Shown here one piece after another: positions 40,237 to 56,594 of a stretch of DNA of 64,000 nucleotides. Source of the DNA: Eledone cirrhosa (Eukaryota); the NCBI GenBank assembly GCA_964016885.1, contig OZ024744.1:87110001-87174000 (forward strand), read 5' to 3'. The translations under genes and the position numbers were made by a program. Every line of letters begins with the position of its first letter. Positions within the stretch are counted from its first letter, which is position 1. The notes beneath the pieces were generated by a model, which did no database searches, had not been told where the DNA came from, and worked only from the letters and a program-made list of their open reading frames with translations.

Positions 40237-40268
<32 letters not shown>

Positions 40269-40272
40269 CAGT

Positions 40273-40345
<73 letters not shown>
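40136..40345. repeat. (GTA)n/(GCA)n compound microsatellite
   Basis: Direct reading. Confidence 0.97.
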
Positions 40346-40914
40346 AGGGGAGAAGCAAGTATTAGAACACAACAGCATCATCATTAAGATAGAAAGAATG
40401 CCGCCGCGGCAAATCCAGTAAAATGTACCCAGGATTCTGAGCTTATGTCTATAAAAAAAAAAACGTCAAACAAGAAATACGTGGCCTGATGTTGATATAT
40501 AAATTTAGATATATAGGCCGAGTTTAATAGATGTCATATTTATACTGGAATACAATATAAAACGGCCTCGACAGACACTAAAGTTCGCCAAGCACGTGTT
40601 GTATATATGTACAATCTCAAAAATAAAAAATAAAAAACCAGAAATGTAACGAAACGTTTCACATATGGGTTAAATAATCTTTATTACACAATGCCGAAAA
40701 GATTTGGAACAAATTGTATTATAAAATCGAACGAAACGAGGAATGTGCAGAACGTCGGGCTTTAGAGCATCGGACGAAATATCTTGTGTTGAAAGTTCAA
40801 ATTCTTTATTGAGTTAAATTTGCCTTTAATCAGTCTAGTGTGGTAAATTAGAGAAGTCGTTAGAATGTATGTTAGGAAGTATTGTGGTATTTTCTCGGTT
40901 TCTTCTTATTATTA

Positions 40915-41093
40915 TAGAGGGTCGGACGGCATGCTTTGCAGCATAGAGTTACGACCCTTTACAATATGAGTTCAAATCCCGCCGAGGTTAACTTTGCCTT
41001 TCATCCTTACGGGTTCGATAAAATAAAGTACCAGTAATGCTCTGGGTAATTTGCTGGCCTTGTGCCAAAATTATAAACAATTATTATTATTAT
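40915..41093 (+). mobile_element. Nin/Deu-type SINE, 5'-truncated
   Basis: B-box, core and (TTA)n tail. Confidence 0.85.
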
Positions 41094-41164
41094 TGTCTAC
41101 ATTTCATTTTCTCTGTCGTTTCAATCTCATTGTGGGCGACTTGTGTGATAAATATGCTTTATAA

Positions 41165-41467
41165 CAAAGGTTCTTAAAGTGAGCGCTACTGCCCCCGGGA
41201 GGCATTGTAAAGGCCCAGGAGGGCGGTTTGGGTGGTAGAGATGATATTAAATGTCAAATGATACATATTATATATAAATATAGTAAAATAAAATATATAT
41301 AGTTATTTATACATATATTATTTATTATATATAAATTAACAACTTTATTTATTATATATCATTTACAATTTGCGTGTAGGCAGGTCGCTCTGGAAATAGG
41401 GTTAGGGCGCTGAGTGTATTACGTAACCATGAGGGAGGGAGTGGCCCAAAAAGTTTGAGAACCTCTG
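41165..41467. mobile_element. hAT (Charlie-like) MITE
   Basis: Imperfect TIRs caaaggttcttaaag and gtttgagaacctctg; 8-bp TSD ctttataa/ctttagaa (1 mismatch). Confidence 0.8.
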
Positions 41468-41779
41468 CTTTAGAACATGAAATTAAATACATTGTGATTG
41501 ATATCTAGTCCATCTCTTTGCTAGTTTTGAAATGAAATTCCGTCCAGGTCAACTTCAACCTTTTGAAGATGATAAATAATGTGCCAATCGAGAAGGATGG
41601 GTTGAAGGAGTCATTAGTACTTCAGATAGTAAGACTTGCATTATTTGGTTTCGTTTTTTTTTTCGTTTATGTTCTATGTTCAAATTCCGCTGTATCGTCC
41701 AAAGGTGACAAAATCAATGGCTGCTCTGATAAAGGTCGCGGGTACTGACTAAAGCTACAATTTAACATGTGAATACCTA

Positions 41780-42990
41780 TATTTCTAAAGTACTTCCGAT
41801 AGTTTAAGACATGATCTCCTCAAAAGCAGCTTATTTGGAAACCTACCATTCTCAAGAAATAGTCAGTGGGCGCTCGTATTTACGAAATTCGACAATTGAG
41901 TACTTCACATCAGCAAAACATTTAACCCTAGCTAGCTCGAAATCTCCCGGAGAAGCTGCTCACCTATGGGATTCATCTGATGGGCAACACTATGATTGAA
42001 AGCTTCCTGTCAAATGACATTAGCGCAGTGTGTGCGGATGGTAACCCCCATGTTTCGGTTACATGGAACAAACTCTTTCGTATGCATTTACGATCTGCTT
42101 CAAGGTATCTCTAAGAATGCTCACTCCTATGCGAATGATACCAATCTACATACGTCCTTCCCTAACCTTCCACACCTAGTCGTCATTTACATACTTGACG
42201 ACTAGACAAATCCTGAGAATTTGCACTACATTTATGAACAGAAATGTCGATAACATTCTCCATTAGGGACGTTTCGTCCGATTCTCTAACTTCGGACGGT
42301 CTGCGAATTCACCGTTTCGTTTGGTACAAAAGACATTAACAATATCTTGTAGCTCTCACCATCTATCCTGAGACACAATATGGAAATCACTGCACATTTT
42401 AAACCTCAGAATCACTGATTACCCTTCCCGGCGTTCTTACATTCGGAACACAACAAGATGTACATTTTAAAACAAACTTTTTTAGAACTAGAATATACCT
42501 CGGAATCGGACAACTTGAGTTTTACTGCAATACTCAAGTGAAATCCACAAATGGATACTGCATCTACCTTTATGACACTATTGCTCTCCATACAGAATTC
42601 ACAATGGGTTCTGTTCCCCAAAGCTAGCAATCTGTTCAATATCTATATCTTCTTGCCGCCACATTCCCCTATCCTCCTCTCGTCATGTATTATGTGCTTT
42701 GCTTTTCAGGCTTCATAATAACTATTCTCCCAATCAGTTTCGAATAATCGAAATATCTCGTTAGACCCAGCAGATAATTCTCCTCTGTACGTCAGAAAAG
42801 ATGTCCAAGAAAAACTTTCGCTCTACTTTCAGATTTCACTTCAAGATACCACTTCGACGAGCCAATCAAGGTATTTTTCTGTGGTTGCTCTATTTGCTAG
42901 AAACAGCAGGTAAATTACTCTGACAACACAATCTAGTCTTTTTAAAAGGGTTGCCACATTGGGAAAGACAGTATAAGATAAAAGAATGTC
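41780..42990 (+). pseudogene. Highly degraded CR1/Jockey-group LINE RT
   Basis: FVCIYDLLQGISKNAHSYANDTNLH resembles FINDL...IHSYADDSTLH. The boundaries are uncertain. Confidence 0.55.
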
Positions 42991-43809
42991 TGAAACAAGA
43001 GATGGATCATGGCTAGAACACATTGCATTTCATAATATGTATGCTCGATCGGAGTTTATCTGAATCTAAAACAATAATAGCATCAACAAGATTAACTTAC
43101 ATAGTTCTCTTCGACCAGGTTTAACATGGCGCGAAACAACAACAACAACAACAAGGGTGTACTTGAATGGTACAAAGATTTAATCAAGGCAGGATGTTTG
43201 AAATTAATCATAACACTCGACTTGAAACTACCCTCAAAAAGGCGACACAAGGCGCCTGCTGTGAAGCCTAAATGGGCTTAGAGCAATCGTTCTACAAACC
43301 CTTTACTACAAGGCCAAATTTTGAAATGTTTGAAGAGGGCCAGTTAATTGATTCAACTACACCATAATACAGGGACTTATTTCATCAACACACACACACA
43401 CAAACACACACACAAGCACACACACAAGCACACACACACACACATACATACATGCATACATTCATATGTATATATATTCATATATATATATATACATACA
43501 TGCATACATACATACAGACATTCATACATAAATACATACATACATGCATACATACATCCACATATACAAACATGCAAACATATATATATATGTATACAGA
43601 GAGAGAGAGAGAGAGAGAGAGAGCGACTAAAAGAGAGAAAAATAGAGAAAGAGGGTGAGTGAGAGCGAATGAGACAGAAAGATAGAAATAAATGCATGTT
43701 GCATATATGTATGCTTATTCACATTCACACGCATATATACACACACTTATATATAAATATATGAATATATATATATATGCATTCGTGTGTGTGAGTGTAT
43801 GTGCATGTG

Positions 43810-43858
<49 letters not shown>

Positions 43859-44064
43859 GCACTCACACACACACGCACACATACATATATGCATACATAC
43901 ACATGTATATATAGATATGTATATACATACACACAGACACACACACATACACATATATAAATAAATAAATATATATATATATAAATATATATATAAATAT
44001 ATATATATATATATTTATTAAAATAACAGATATATATGGATATATATATGTATACAGAGAGAGG

Positions 44065-44106
<42 letters not shown>

Positions 44107-44149
44107 AAAAGACAGAAAAATATAAAATATAAAATAACAGATATAGGAA

Positions 44150-44365
44150 CGATCGACTTTCGTCAAATCGGACCGAGGGAACAATGTTTCCGTTGGTCTT
44201 TCCAATTGCTAATAATATCTATCGGTCGCAACTCCAGGTAGAAGGAGCAACGTGAAATAAAGTGTCTTGCTCAAGGACATAACGCATCGCCTGGTCCAGG
44301 AATCGAACTCACAACCTTACGATTGCGAATCCAATTCTCTAACCACTCAGCCACACGCCTTCACG
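44150..44365 (-). mobile_element. Meta-domain-like tRNA SINE
   Basis: Near reverse complement of 15118-15335. Confidence 0.8.
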
Positions 44366-44425
44366 TATAACAGATATATATGGATATATATGGATATATA
44401 TATATATATATATATATATGTATAC

Positions 44426-44459
<34 letters not shown>

Positions 44460-44560
44460 GTGTGTGTGTGTGTATGTGTGTATGTATATACGTACATACC
44501 TATACATACACACGTATGCGTATATCATATCTATATGTATAATTATATAGGTGTGAGTGA

Positions 44561-44627
<67 letters not shown>

Positions 44628-45088
44628 TGTTTGTGTGAGAGTGTGAGTGCCAGCATACATAAATATAAGTGTGTACACATACGCATACAGACGTGTGCAT
44701 ACATGCACACACACCTATGTAAAATAGAAATTGCCTCTTGTAAACTGGCGACGCTAGTTCCAAACTCTTTTCACGGATCATGTTTACCCGACTTAGCAAC
44801 ACAACAAGAGCTACTCTGATTATTAGTGTAAGTCAGACAAGTAAGCGTCATAACCTACTCACTAGGAGGTTTTCACCTCTACACCCAACAATGAACTGTC
44901 AGATTAACGCAAGCAACTGTAGATAGGTGTGTGTGTGGGTTGGGGTGGGGTTGGTGTGTAGGTAGGAGGTAGGTAGGTGGGTGGGTGGGTGGGTGGGGGT
45001 TGGTTTATGTAGATAGGTGGGTTGGTAGGTAGGTAGGTAGGTAGGTAGGTAGGTAGGTAGGTAGGTAGGTAGATAAATAGATAGATAA

Positions 45089-45685
<597 letters not shown>

Positions 45686-45797
45686 TAGATAGATAGACAG
45701 ATAGATAGATAGATATGTATGTATGCTTATTCACATTCACACGCATATATACACACACTTATATATCAATGTATGAATATATATATATATATATGTA

Positions 45798-45828
<31 letters not shown>

Positions 45829-45873
45829 ATGTGTATATATATATATATTTGTGTGTGCATGTGCATGTGTATG

Positions 45874-45974
<101 letters not shown>

Positions 45975-46312
45975 ATACATATCTACGTTATACATACACA
46001 CGTATGCGTATAATCTATTTGTATAATAGGTAGGGCTTTGCATCTGGGGTGGCTGTGTTGTTTCCGCGGCTATAGATGTGGTGATGGTGGCGTCGGTGGT
46101 GGTGATGGTGGTGGTGGTGGTGGCGTCGGTGGTGGACGTGGTGGACGTGGTGGTGGTTATGGTAGTGGTGTGTTGGTGGTGGTGGTGGTGGTGGTGGTGG
46201 AAGTGGTGGTTGTATTGGTGGTGGTGGTGGTGGGTTGTATTGGTGCGTGTGTGGGTAGCAATGACGGCATTGGTATTGTTTCTGTAGTCTCTGTGGAGCA
46301 ACGTAGCGTTTG

Positions 46313-46352
<40 letters not shown>

Positions 46353-46712
46353 GGGCATCGTCGTCATTGTTGTCATTGGTACTGTTTTTAGTGGTGTTTG
46401 TTGCTGTTGTCGTTGTTGTTGTTGTTGTTGCTATTGGTGGTATGGTAGTTGATCTGTGGGATGTATTCAATATAAGTTCATGCTTAAACTATCTTATGAC
46501 AGCTACACATGTACATACATACATTTGTAGGTAAATAGGTAGGGGGGTTGGTTAGGTGAGTATGTACGTAGTTATTTAGTTAGATAGGTAGGCCACTAGA
46601 TATGTAGGTAGGTATGTAGGTAGGAGTGTAGGTAGGTAGGTAGATACATAGGTAGGTTATTAGGTAGGTGGGTTAGTTGATAGATAGATAGACCAACAGA
46701 CATTTAGACCGA

Positions 46713-46763
<51 letters not shown>

Positions 46764-46807
46764 GAGGGTGGGCAGGTAAATCCATAGATAGGTATAAAAA
46801 TAGATAA

Positions 46808-46918
46808 CTTTCTTTTTATTTGCCACCAGGGCATCAAAAGTATAAAAATAAAATAAAATATAACAAAATAAATTTTATAACAAAATCCTCAATAGGGAGG
46901 AGGCGCCTTGGGGGGTCG

Positions 46919-46957
<39 letters not shown>

Positions 46958-47748
46958 GTGTGCAACCCTTCTCCTCAGGAGCACAGAGAGGGGGTGCTCC
47001 CTTGGTCTTTCATCTTCCTCACCTATAGTCTGAAGTAGAGTGAAGGCCCATTCTCACGGGCCATTCTCGCCACTTTCACCCATCTTTCATAAAAACGGCT
47101 GGGGTGCAGCACCACTCTCTCCATCCTGATCCTTCTTCCGAAATGATATCGGAAGAAACGGACCAGTTGTTGGCCAGAGAGAAAGGTGTCTGACCTCAGT
47201 CCTTTCAGACGCGTCCACCATACAACCTCTTTCGCCATGGCTATTACGCACAGAAACACCGCCTCTCCTTCGTTTTTGAAGAGGGGAGGCGGCTTGATCG
47301 TTACAATAGACTCGGTGGTCAACCGGATCGGTCCCACCCTTGACAGCAGTTGTTCGACATAGCCCCACAGATCGGCAATGCCCGAGCAGTGTACCAAAGC
47401 GTGTGCAACGGTTTCCTCGTCGCACACGCATCTGGGACAGATCTTTTTCGAGGGGTCCCTACCCGGGCGCCCGTGTCTGTAGAGCCTTTCTCGAACGGGC
47501 AGAGCCCCTCGGTAGCACTGCCAGGCCAGGGACCTCTGGAAGTTAACCATGGGTCCCGGGCTGAATGTCCTACCGAACAGGTTGTATAGTTCGTCTTCCT
47601 CCATGCCTAGGGCTTCTCCGAGGGCGTCGTCGCACCTGCTAACCACCAGCCCTCTATAGAATGACGAGGTGGATTCTCCACTGACAGCCGTGTCCGGCAG
47701 CCAGTGAGCCGTGAGTGCCTGGGCACACTCGGTGTGCCAGGCGCCCAG
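46808..47748 (-). pseudogene. 5'-truncated Tx1/L1-clade LINE (C-terminal CCHC region plus 3' UTR)
   Basis: ORF 47023-47787 (from about AWHTEC onward) is clearly homologous to the last about 240 aa of ORF2 at 56595 (FQRSLAWQCYRGALPV, CPRC..DEETVAHALVHC). Confidence 0.92.
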
Positions 47749-47807
47749 TATAGAGATAGATATAAGTAGAGAGATAGCTAGATACATAGATAGATGGGTA
47801 GAGAGAC

Positions 47808-48857
<1,050 letters not shown>

Positions 48858-49344
48858 TTAATTTATTCCTTCATCAGTGATCTTCCAGCCTTCATTGGTA
48901 TTTCATCGCTTTAAAGACCATATACTTCTGGTTGGTGCGAGCAGCGGCTAAAGAAAGTCGTTGGGACACGTAAATAGGGGGAACGAGCGAGACAGTAAAC
49001 AAACAAGGATGGTAATGCAACGAAAAGTGAGGAAGAGGGAGTCAAGTCCCTGAAATCGATGAACATAAGTTCTGTGAAATCGTTGACGAGAGAGAATAAA
49101 GACCATCCGACCTGGTCGAAATGCGAGTGAGGAAGGAATTTCGCACAGGTCATATATATATATATATATATGAAAATGTTCAAGACGGCAGAGCTCAAAC
49201 CGTTTCGACAGAAATAGCCGTCGAAACGGCTTGAGCTCTGCCGTCAGGGTCTTGAATATTTTCCTATTACCCACTCTATTAAACAAAGTAATGAGTACTC
49301 TGGTGTGTTATGGCCCACCTGGTTCGTTACCACACTTCCTTCGT

Positions 49345-49382
<38 letters not shown>

Positions 49383-49855
49383 TATATATATATACGGAAA
49401 AAATGAAACGATATTTCATTTCCTACTCTTAGTACGGCTGTTACTTAAATATAAGTATGTACACGTACATACATATATGTATACCGACGTAGAGTAGTAT
49501 GTATATATATATATACATACATGCACACATATATATATATGCACGTATGGATTCACCGAATATTTATTATAATGCTCGGTGTGTTTGTAAACAAACATCC
49601 CGTATTAAGCCGTAGTGTCTAGCAACCACCGTTGCTCGTTTGTTCAACACTGACAAAGGAACGCTGTACTAGTTTCAAGCTTGTTAGCTATCGTCAGCAA
49701 CGTATACCTTCCTGCCAGATTGTTGAACGTATATACTTACCTTATGCATATCAGTGTACTCAATAGGTAAGGTTATGTAAAATCCCAGAGTAGACACAGA
49801 GTTATTCGCTTCAATACAACACACGTAAATCGGTACCTACAATCTATACCCAATC

Positions 49856-50012
<157 letters not shown>

Positions 50013-50552
50013 TTATATTAGAGTTTACCAACATATATCTGGTACATATTGTGACGATGGAACTAATTAAGAAAGATACAAACAACATATAATGAAAATG
50101 GAGGGAAACATGAAAAATAAGATATAAATGATACACAAGAGTTTGGAAAGAAAGAAAATGGAGGATGAAGATGAGGAGGCAGTGTAGGATAGAGGAGAGT
50201 GTGACGAAAGCCATGAAGAGATAATTTGACATTGTTTTGTTACTGAACCAACCAATGAACAGGCCGAAATATCAGGATGCTAATATGTACTACGGATAAA
50301 GAACAGCTGAGATGTTTGAACACACAAGTCGTATCTGAAGACCCTTCGAATGCAGAGTCGGGTTCGATCTGTAACAGATGTTGCCTTGAGCCGATCGACG
50401 GAGAATCATGTGTAATATGTTAATAAATTGTAATTTGATGCAATACTGATTCCTCGTCCTTTATCATATTATACTCTGCTCTGCACGAGCATCGAGTTCT
50501 CAACAGGCATACCGTCTACGGGCGCCACATTTACTTGCAACCCTACAACAAC

Positions 50553-50584
<32 letters not shown>

Positions 50585-50630
50585 CACACACACATATATA
50601 TATATATACATATATATATATACATAATAA

Positions 50631-50686
<56 letters not shown>

Positions 50687-50751
50687 ATATATATAAATGT
50701 AAGTATGTATGTATACGTACATACATATATGTATACAGACGTACAGTAGCA

Positions 50752-50876
<125 letters not shown>

Positions 50877-51300
50877 GCACACATATATATATGTACGTAT
50901 CAGTTTACCGAACATTTATTATAATGTTCGCTTTGTTCGTTTGTAAACAAAAGGAAAGTATATACTTTCGAACGTTCAACCATCTGGCAGAAAGGTATAC
51001 GGTGCTGACGATAGCTAACAAGCTTGAAACTAGTACATCCTTCCTGTGTCAGTGTTGAATAAAAAGGTGACGTGGTTGCCTGAACACTGTACGGCGTAAA
51101 TCAGGCTGTCCGTTTGTTTACAAACGAACAAAGCGAACATTATAATAAATGTTCGGTAAACTGATACGTACATATATATATGTGTGCCTGTATGTATATA
51201 TGTATGTACTTATATGTATGTACTTATACATACATACTTACATTTAAGTAAGTGCCATACTAAGAGTGAGAAATGAAATTTCGTTTCATTCTATTCCATG

Positions 51301-51767
<467 letters not shown>

Positions 51768-52169
51768 TAAAGTTAGTCCTTCATCAGTGATCTTCCAAGC
51801 ATCATTGGTATTTCATCGCTTTGAAGACCATATACCTCCGGTTGGTGCGAGCAACGGCTAAAAAAAGTCGTTGGGACACGTAAATAAGGGGGACACGAGA
51901 GTGTAAACAAACAAAGATGGTGAAGCAACACACTATATACACTACATATACAGTATGTATATACTATGTATTATATATATACACCATATATGATGTTGAC
52001 CAAGGGAAAGACAATGGCTAATGCAGCTTGGCACCAGTGGCGTCGCAACTAATATATACACTATACATACACTATATAAATACTACATACACACTATGTA
52101 TAGACTGTATATTATATATACACTACATACACACTATGTATAGACTATATATTATATATACACCATATA

Positions 52170-52370
52170 TGATGTTGACCAAGGGAAAGGCAATGGCCAA
52201 TGCAGCTTGGCACCAGTGACGTCGCAACTCATTTATACAGCTGAGTAAACTGGAGCAACGTGAAATAAAGTATCTTGCTCAAGGACACAACGCATCAACC
52301 GGTCCGAGAATCGAACTCACAACCCCTCAATTGCAAGCCCAATGCTCTAACCACTAATCCATGCGCCTTC
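52170..52370 (-). mobile_element. Meta-domain-like tRNA SINE with duplicated 3' end
   Basis: A and B boxes plus tgtgtccttgagcaagatactt on the minus strand; 3' segment repeated at 51985-52050. Confidence 0.78.
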
Positions 52371-52988
52371 TATTATGTGGAGAAATCTCTTTATCTTATC
52401 ATCCACACAAACCATTTTTCTTCCTTTCTTATTGCAATAGTTCCCTACTTGGTTTGTTCGCGATTTTGCAGCAGCAGTATTGGTCCGTGTCATCATAATG
52501 TGCATCCTATCGATATACTGCGGTTGCTCCTCCGCTACTGTCAGTCAATACCTTACTCATTTTCCACTTTACTTCTTGCAGAGAAAATCCTCAAGTGGTT
52601 TTGTTACCACGTAAAGAATAACAGGTCCTTTTGTCCTGCATCATCTTTTAGACCGGCTTCCTGTTCGTTCGTTCAATAGATTAAATGTCTGGGATGACTT
52701 TGTGGTCTTCGGGGTTATTAATACCTGAAGACCAATGCAAATTCTACCTCAACGTGTGTTGTAGCTAGTCATTTTACGCGCTCATTATCTGTACTCGTAT
52801 TTTGACACGAATAAAAGAATGCGCCAGGGGTTCATATCAGCACCTTTGGGTGAGCCCATTTTTATTTCTCCTAACAAAACACGCAAAGCATTTCACCCAG
52901 CTATCTAAAGATTTTGCCAAGTGGATATTGTAAATGTTATAGATGTCATGAAACTGAATATCAAAGACAGGAATTGGTAAAAGAAATC

Positions 52989-53035
<47 letters not shown>

Positions 53036-53319
53036 TCGTTTTGTCATGTTTATGTTTTTTGTTGTTGTTATCGTAGTCATCTTCGTGGTCATCGTTGAAG
53101 TTGTAGAGGGTTTTGTTGTAGATATAGTTATCATCGTTGTTGTTGATGTTGTAATTGTTGTCATTGTTGTGTCGACGATTCTCCAGTCGTGACAATCTTA
53201 TAACAGCCAATACATAGACCAAACTGTTCTTTGTTAAGACGCTGGAGTGAGATTGATGATGATTTGACTTCTATTTCTAACAGATCAAGCTCCTTTCGTC
53301 TAGGAGCTGCAGTTGGCTC

Positions 53320-54200
53320 AAGAAAAACATGAAACAAAAATGAATTTCAAAGAGAGGTAATTACTTTTAGATATACAAAAATTATTAAAGGAAAGAAAAA
53401 GCGAATGAAACAAATCGAATAGAAAGAAGAAATAAATAAAGAAGGAAAGAGCGCTAGAAAGATAGAAAGAAAAATGAAGACAATAGAAAAAGGAAAAAAA
53501 AGAAAGAAAGAAAGAAGGAAAGAAAGGGAATATGACTGAAACAAACAAACAATGAATGAGTGAATGAATGAATATATTGAAAAAAGAAAATAGGAGGAAA
53601 CATGAAAAGAATGGAGAGAAAACAAAGAAAAAAAGGAGGGAGGAAAGAAATGAAGTAAAATGGAAAGAAAGAAAAAGAAAGAAAGCAAAAGGGAATGAAT
53701 GAAAAAAGAAAGAAAGAATGAAAAAAACGAAAGAAAGAAAGAATGAAAAAAAGAAAGAGAGAAAGAATGAAAAAGAAAAAAGATAGAGAAGCAAAGAAAG
53801 AAAGGAAATATGACTGAAACAAGCAAGAAATGAATGAGTGAATGAATAAATGAATGAATATATAAAAGAATGAAAATAGGAGGAAACATGAAAGAATGGA
53901 GAGAAAAAACAAAGAAAGAGAGAAAGACAAAGAAAGAAAAGATGGAGGAAAGAAATAAAGTAAAATGGAAAGAGAAAATGAAAAAAGCGAGAAAGAAAGA
54001 AAAAAAAGAAAGAAAGAATGAATGAAAAAAGAAAGAAAGAAAGAAAAACGAAAGAAAGAATGAAGGAAAGAAAGAAAAGAAAGAAAGAAAGAATGAATGA
54101 ATGAAAGGAAGAAAGAAAGAAAGAAAGAAAAAGAAAGATGGAAAGAAAATTGGAAGAAACTAACAATGAAAGAGAGAATTAAGAAATTGGAACTAAAAAA
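53320..54200. repeat. (GAAA)n purine-rich low-complexity tract
   Basis: Direct reading; internal duplication (aatatgactgaaacaa occurs twice). Confidence 0.9.
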
Positions 54201-54397
54201 AGAAAGATACAAACAACTTATAAAGAAAATGGAAGGAAACATGAGAAATAAGATATAAATTATACACAAGGGTTTGGAAGGAAAGAAAATGGTGGATGAG
54301 GATGAGAAGGCAGTGGAGGATGGAGGAGGGTGTGACGAAAGCCATGAAGAGATACTTTGACAGAGTTTAGTTAAATGTGATATGGTGGCATAACGAG

Positions 54398-56096
54398 TTG
54401 TTTGTTGGTTTGGTTGGTTGGTTGGTTAGTTGGTTGGCTGGCTGGCTGGCTGGTTGGCTGGTTGGCTGGTTGGCTGGTTGGCTGGTTGGTTGGTTGGTTG
54501 GTTGGTTGGCTGGTTGGTTGGTTGACTGGTTGGTTGGCTGGTTGGCTGGTTGGCTGGTTGGTTGGTTGGCTGGTAGTTTGGTTGACTGGTTGGTGGGTAG
54601 ACTGGATGGTTGGTTGGTTGGCTGGCTGGTTGGTTGGTTGACTGGTTGGTTAAATGGTTGGTTGTTTAAATGGTTGGTTGGTTGACTGGTTGGTTGGCTG
54701 GTTGACTGGTTTGTTGGCTCGTTGGTTGGTTGGTTGTTTGGTAGACTGGCTTGTTGGTTGGTTGACTGGCTGGTTGGCTGGTTGGCTGGTTGAGTGGTTG
54801 GCTGGTTGGCTGGTTGACTGGCTGGTTGGTTGGTTGGCTGGTTGACTGGTGGGTTGGTGGGATGACTAGTTGGTTGGTTGGTTGTCTGGTTGACTGGTTG
54901 GTTGGTTGGTTTGCTGCTTAATTAGTTGGTTGGTTGACTGGCTTGTTGGCTGGCTGGTTGTTGCGATGACTAGTTGGTTGGTTGGCTGGTTGACTGGTTA
55001 GTTGGTTGGCTAGTTGATTGGTTGGTTGGTTGACTGGCTGGTTGGCTGATTGATTGGTGGGATGAGTAGTTGGTTGGTTGGATGGTTGGTTGGATGACTG
55101 GTTGCTTGGTTGGCTGGTTGGCTGGCTGGTTGGTGGGATGCCTAGTTGGCTGGTTGGTTGGTTGGCTGGTTGGTTGGTTGGTTGGTTGACTGGTTAGTTA
55201 GCTGGTTGGTTGACTGGTTGATGGTTGGCTGGTTGGCTGGTTGGCTGGTTGGCTGGTTGGCTGGTTGGTTGGTTGACTGGTTGGTTGGTTGGTTGGTTAA
55301 TTGGTTGGTTGACTGGTTGGTTGGTTGGTTGGTCGGTGGGTTGGTTGGCTGGCTGGCTGGTGGGCTGGTGGGTTGGTTGGCTAGTTGGTTGGTTTGTTGG
55401 TTGGTTGGCTGGTTGGTTGGTTAGCTGGTTGGTTGACTGGCTGGTTGGCTGGTTGACTGGTTAGTTGGTTGGCTGGTCGGTTGGTTGGTTGGCTGGTTGG
55501 CTGGCTTGTTGGTTGGTTGGTTGACTGGTTGGTTAGCTGGTCGGCTGTTTGGCTGGTTGGTTGATTGACTGGTTCGTTAAATGGTTGGTTGGTTGGTTGA
55601 CTGGTTTGTTGGCTGGCTAGTTGGTTGACTGGCTTGTTGGTTGGCTGGTTGGTAGGATATAGCTGGTTAGTTGGTTGGTTGACTGGCTGGTTTGCGGGTT
55701 AGTTGGTGGGATGTCTAGTTCGTTGGCTGGTTGGTTGGTTGACTGGTTGGTTGGTTGATTGGTTGGTTGGTTGGTTGGTTGGCTGGTTGGTTGGTTGGCT
55801 GGCTGATAGTTTGGTTGACTTGTTGGTTGGTTGTTTGGATGGTTGTTTGACTGGTTAGTTGGTTGGCTGGTTGGTTGGCTGGTTACTGGACTGGTTGGTT
55901 GGTTGACTGGTTGGTTGGCTGGTTAGTTGGTTGACTGTTTGGTTGCTTGGTTGGCTGGTTGGTTGGCTGGTTGGTAGACCCGTTGGTTGGCTGGTTGGTT
56001 GGATGACTTGTTGTTTTGGTTGGTTGCCTGTTTGGTGGGAGGACTGGTTGGTTGGTTGGCTGATTTGTTGGCTGGTTAGTTGGTTGGTTGGTTGTT
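54398..56096. repeat. (GGTT/GGCT)n degenerate tetranucleotide satellite
   Basis: Direct reading. Confidence 0.97.
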
Positions 56097-56151
56097 TAAG
56101 GATCAATTAGGTGTTAATTCTCGTATAGCGATAACAAAATAATAATAATAA

Positions 56152-56338
56152 TAATAATTGTTTCTACTTTAGGCACGAGGCCAGCAATTGTCCAGTGCAT
56201 TACTGGTACTTTATATTATCGACCTCGTAAGGATGAAAGGCAAAGTCAACCTCGGCAGGATTTGAACTCAGATCGTAAAGGGACGTAACTATGCTGGAAA
56301 GCAAGGCGTCCGCCCCTCTACCGATACTGCCAATCCAA
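56152..56338 (-). mobile_element. Nin/Deu-type SINE immediately downstream of the Tx1 LINE tail
   Basis: Reverse-complement head, B-box, core and (TTA)n tail. Confidence 0.88.
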
Positions 56339-56594
56339 ATAATAATAATAATGTTTTCTTTATTAACCACAAGGGTTTACATAAAGTAGACATTAAGGAC
56401 AGTACAGGACAATACAGGACGGTACAAATGGGCATTTCTGCGTGTAAAAAAACAGAGGTTGAAATAAAATAACAAAGAAAATTCCCCAATAGGGGGGAGA
56501 CTTCCGAGGGACATTTGTGGAGAAAGCCCATTAAAAGACCACAGTGGCCCTGACCACCAGGGCAAGTGCCCTCTCCCAGTTTTCCACCTTTAAT

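Noticed and set aside
54398-56096. Telomeric repeat
   Set aside because: Unit is a degenerate 4-mer (GGTT/GGCT), not TTAGGG or TTAGG.
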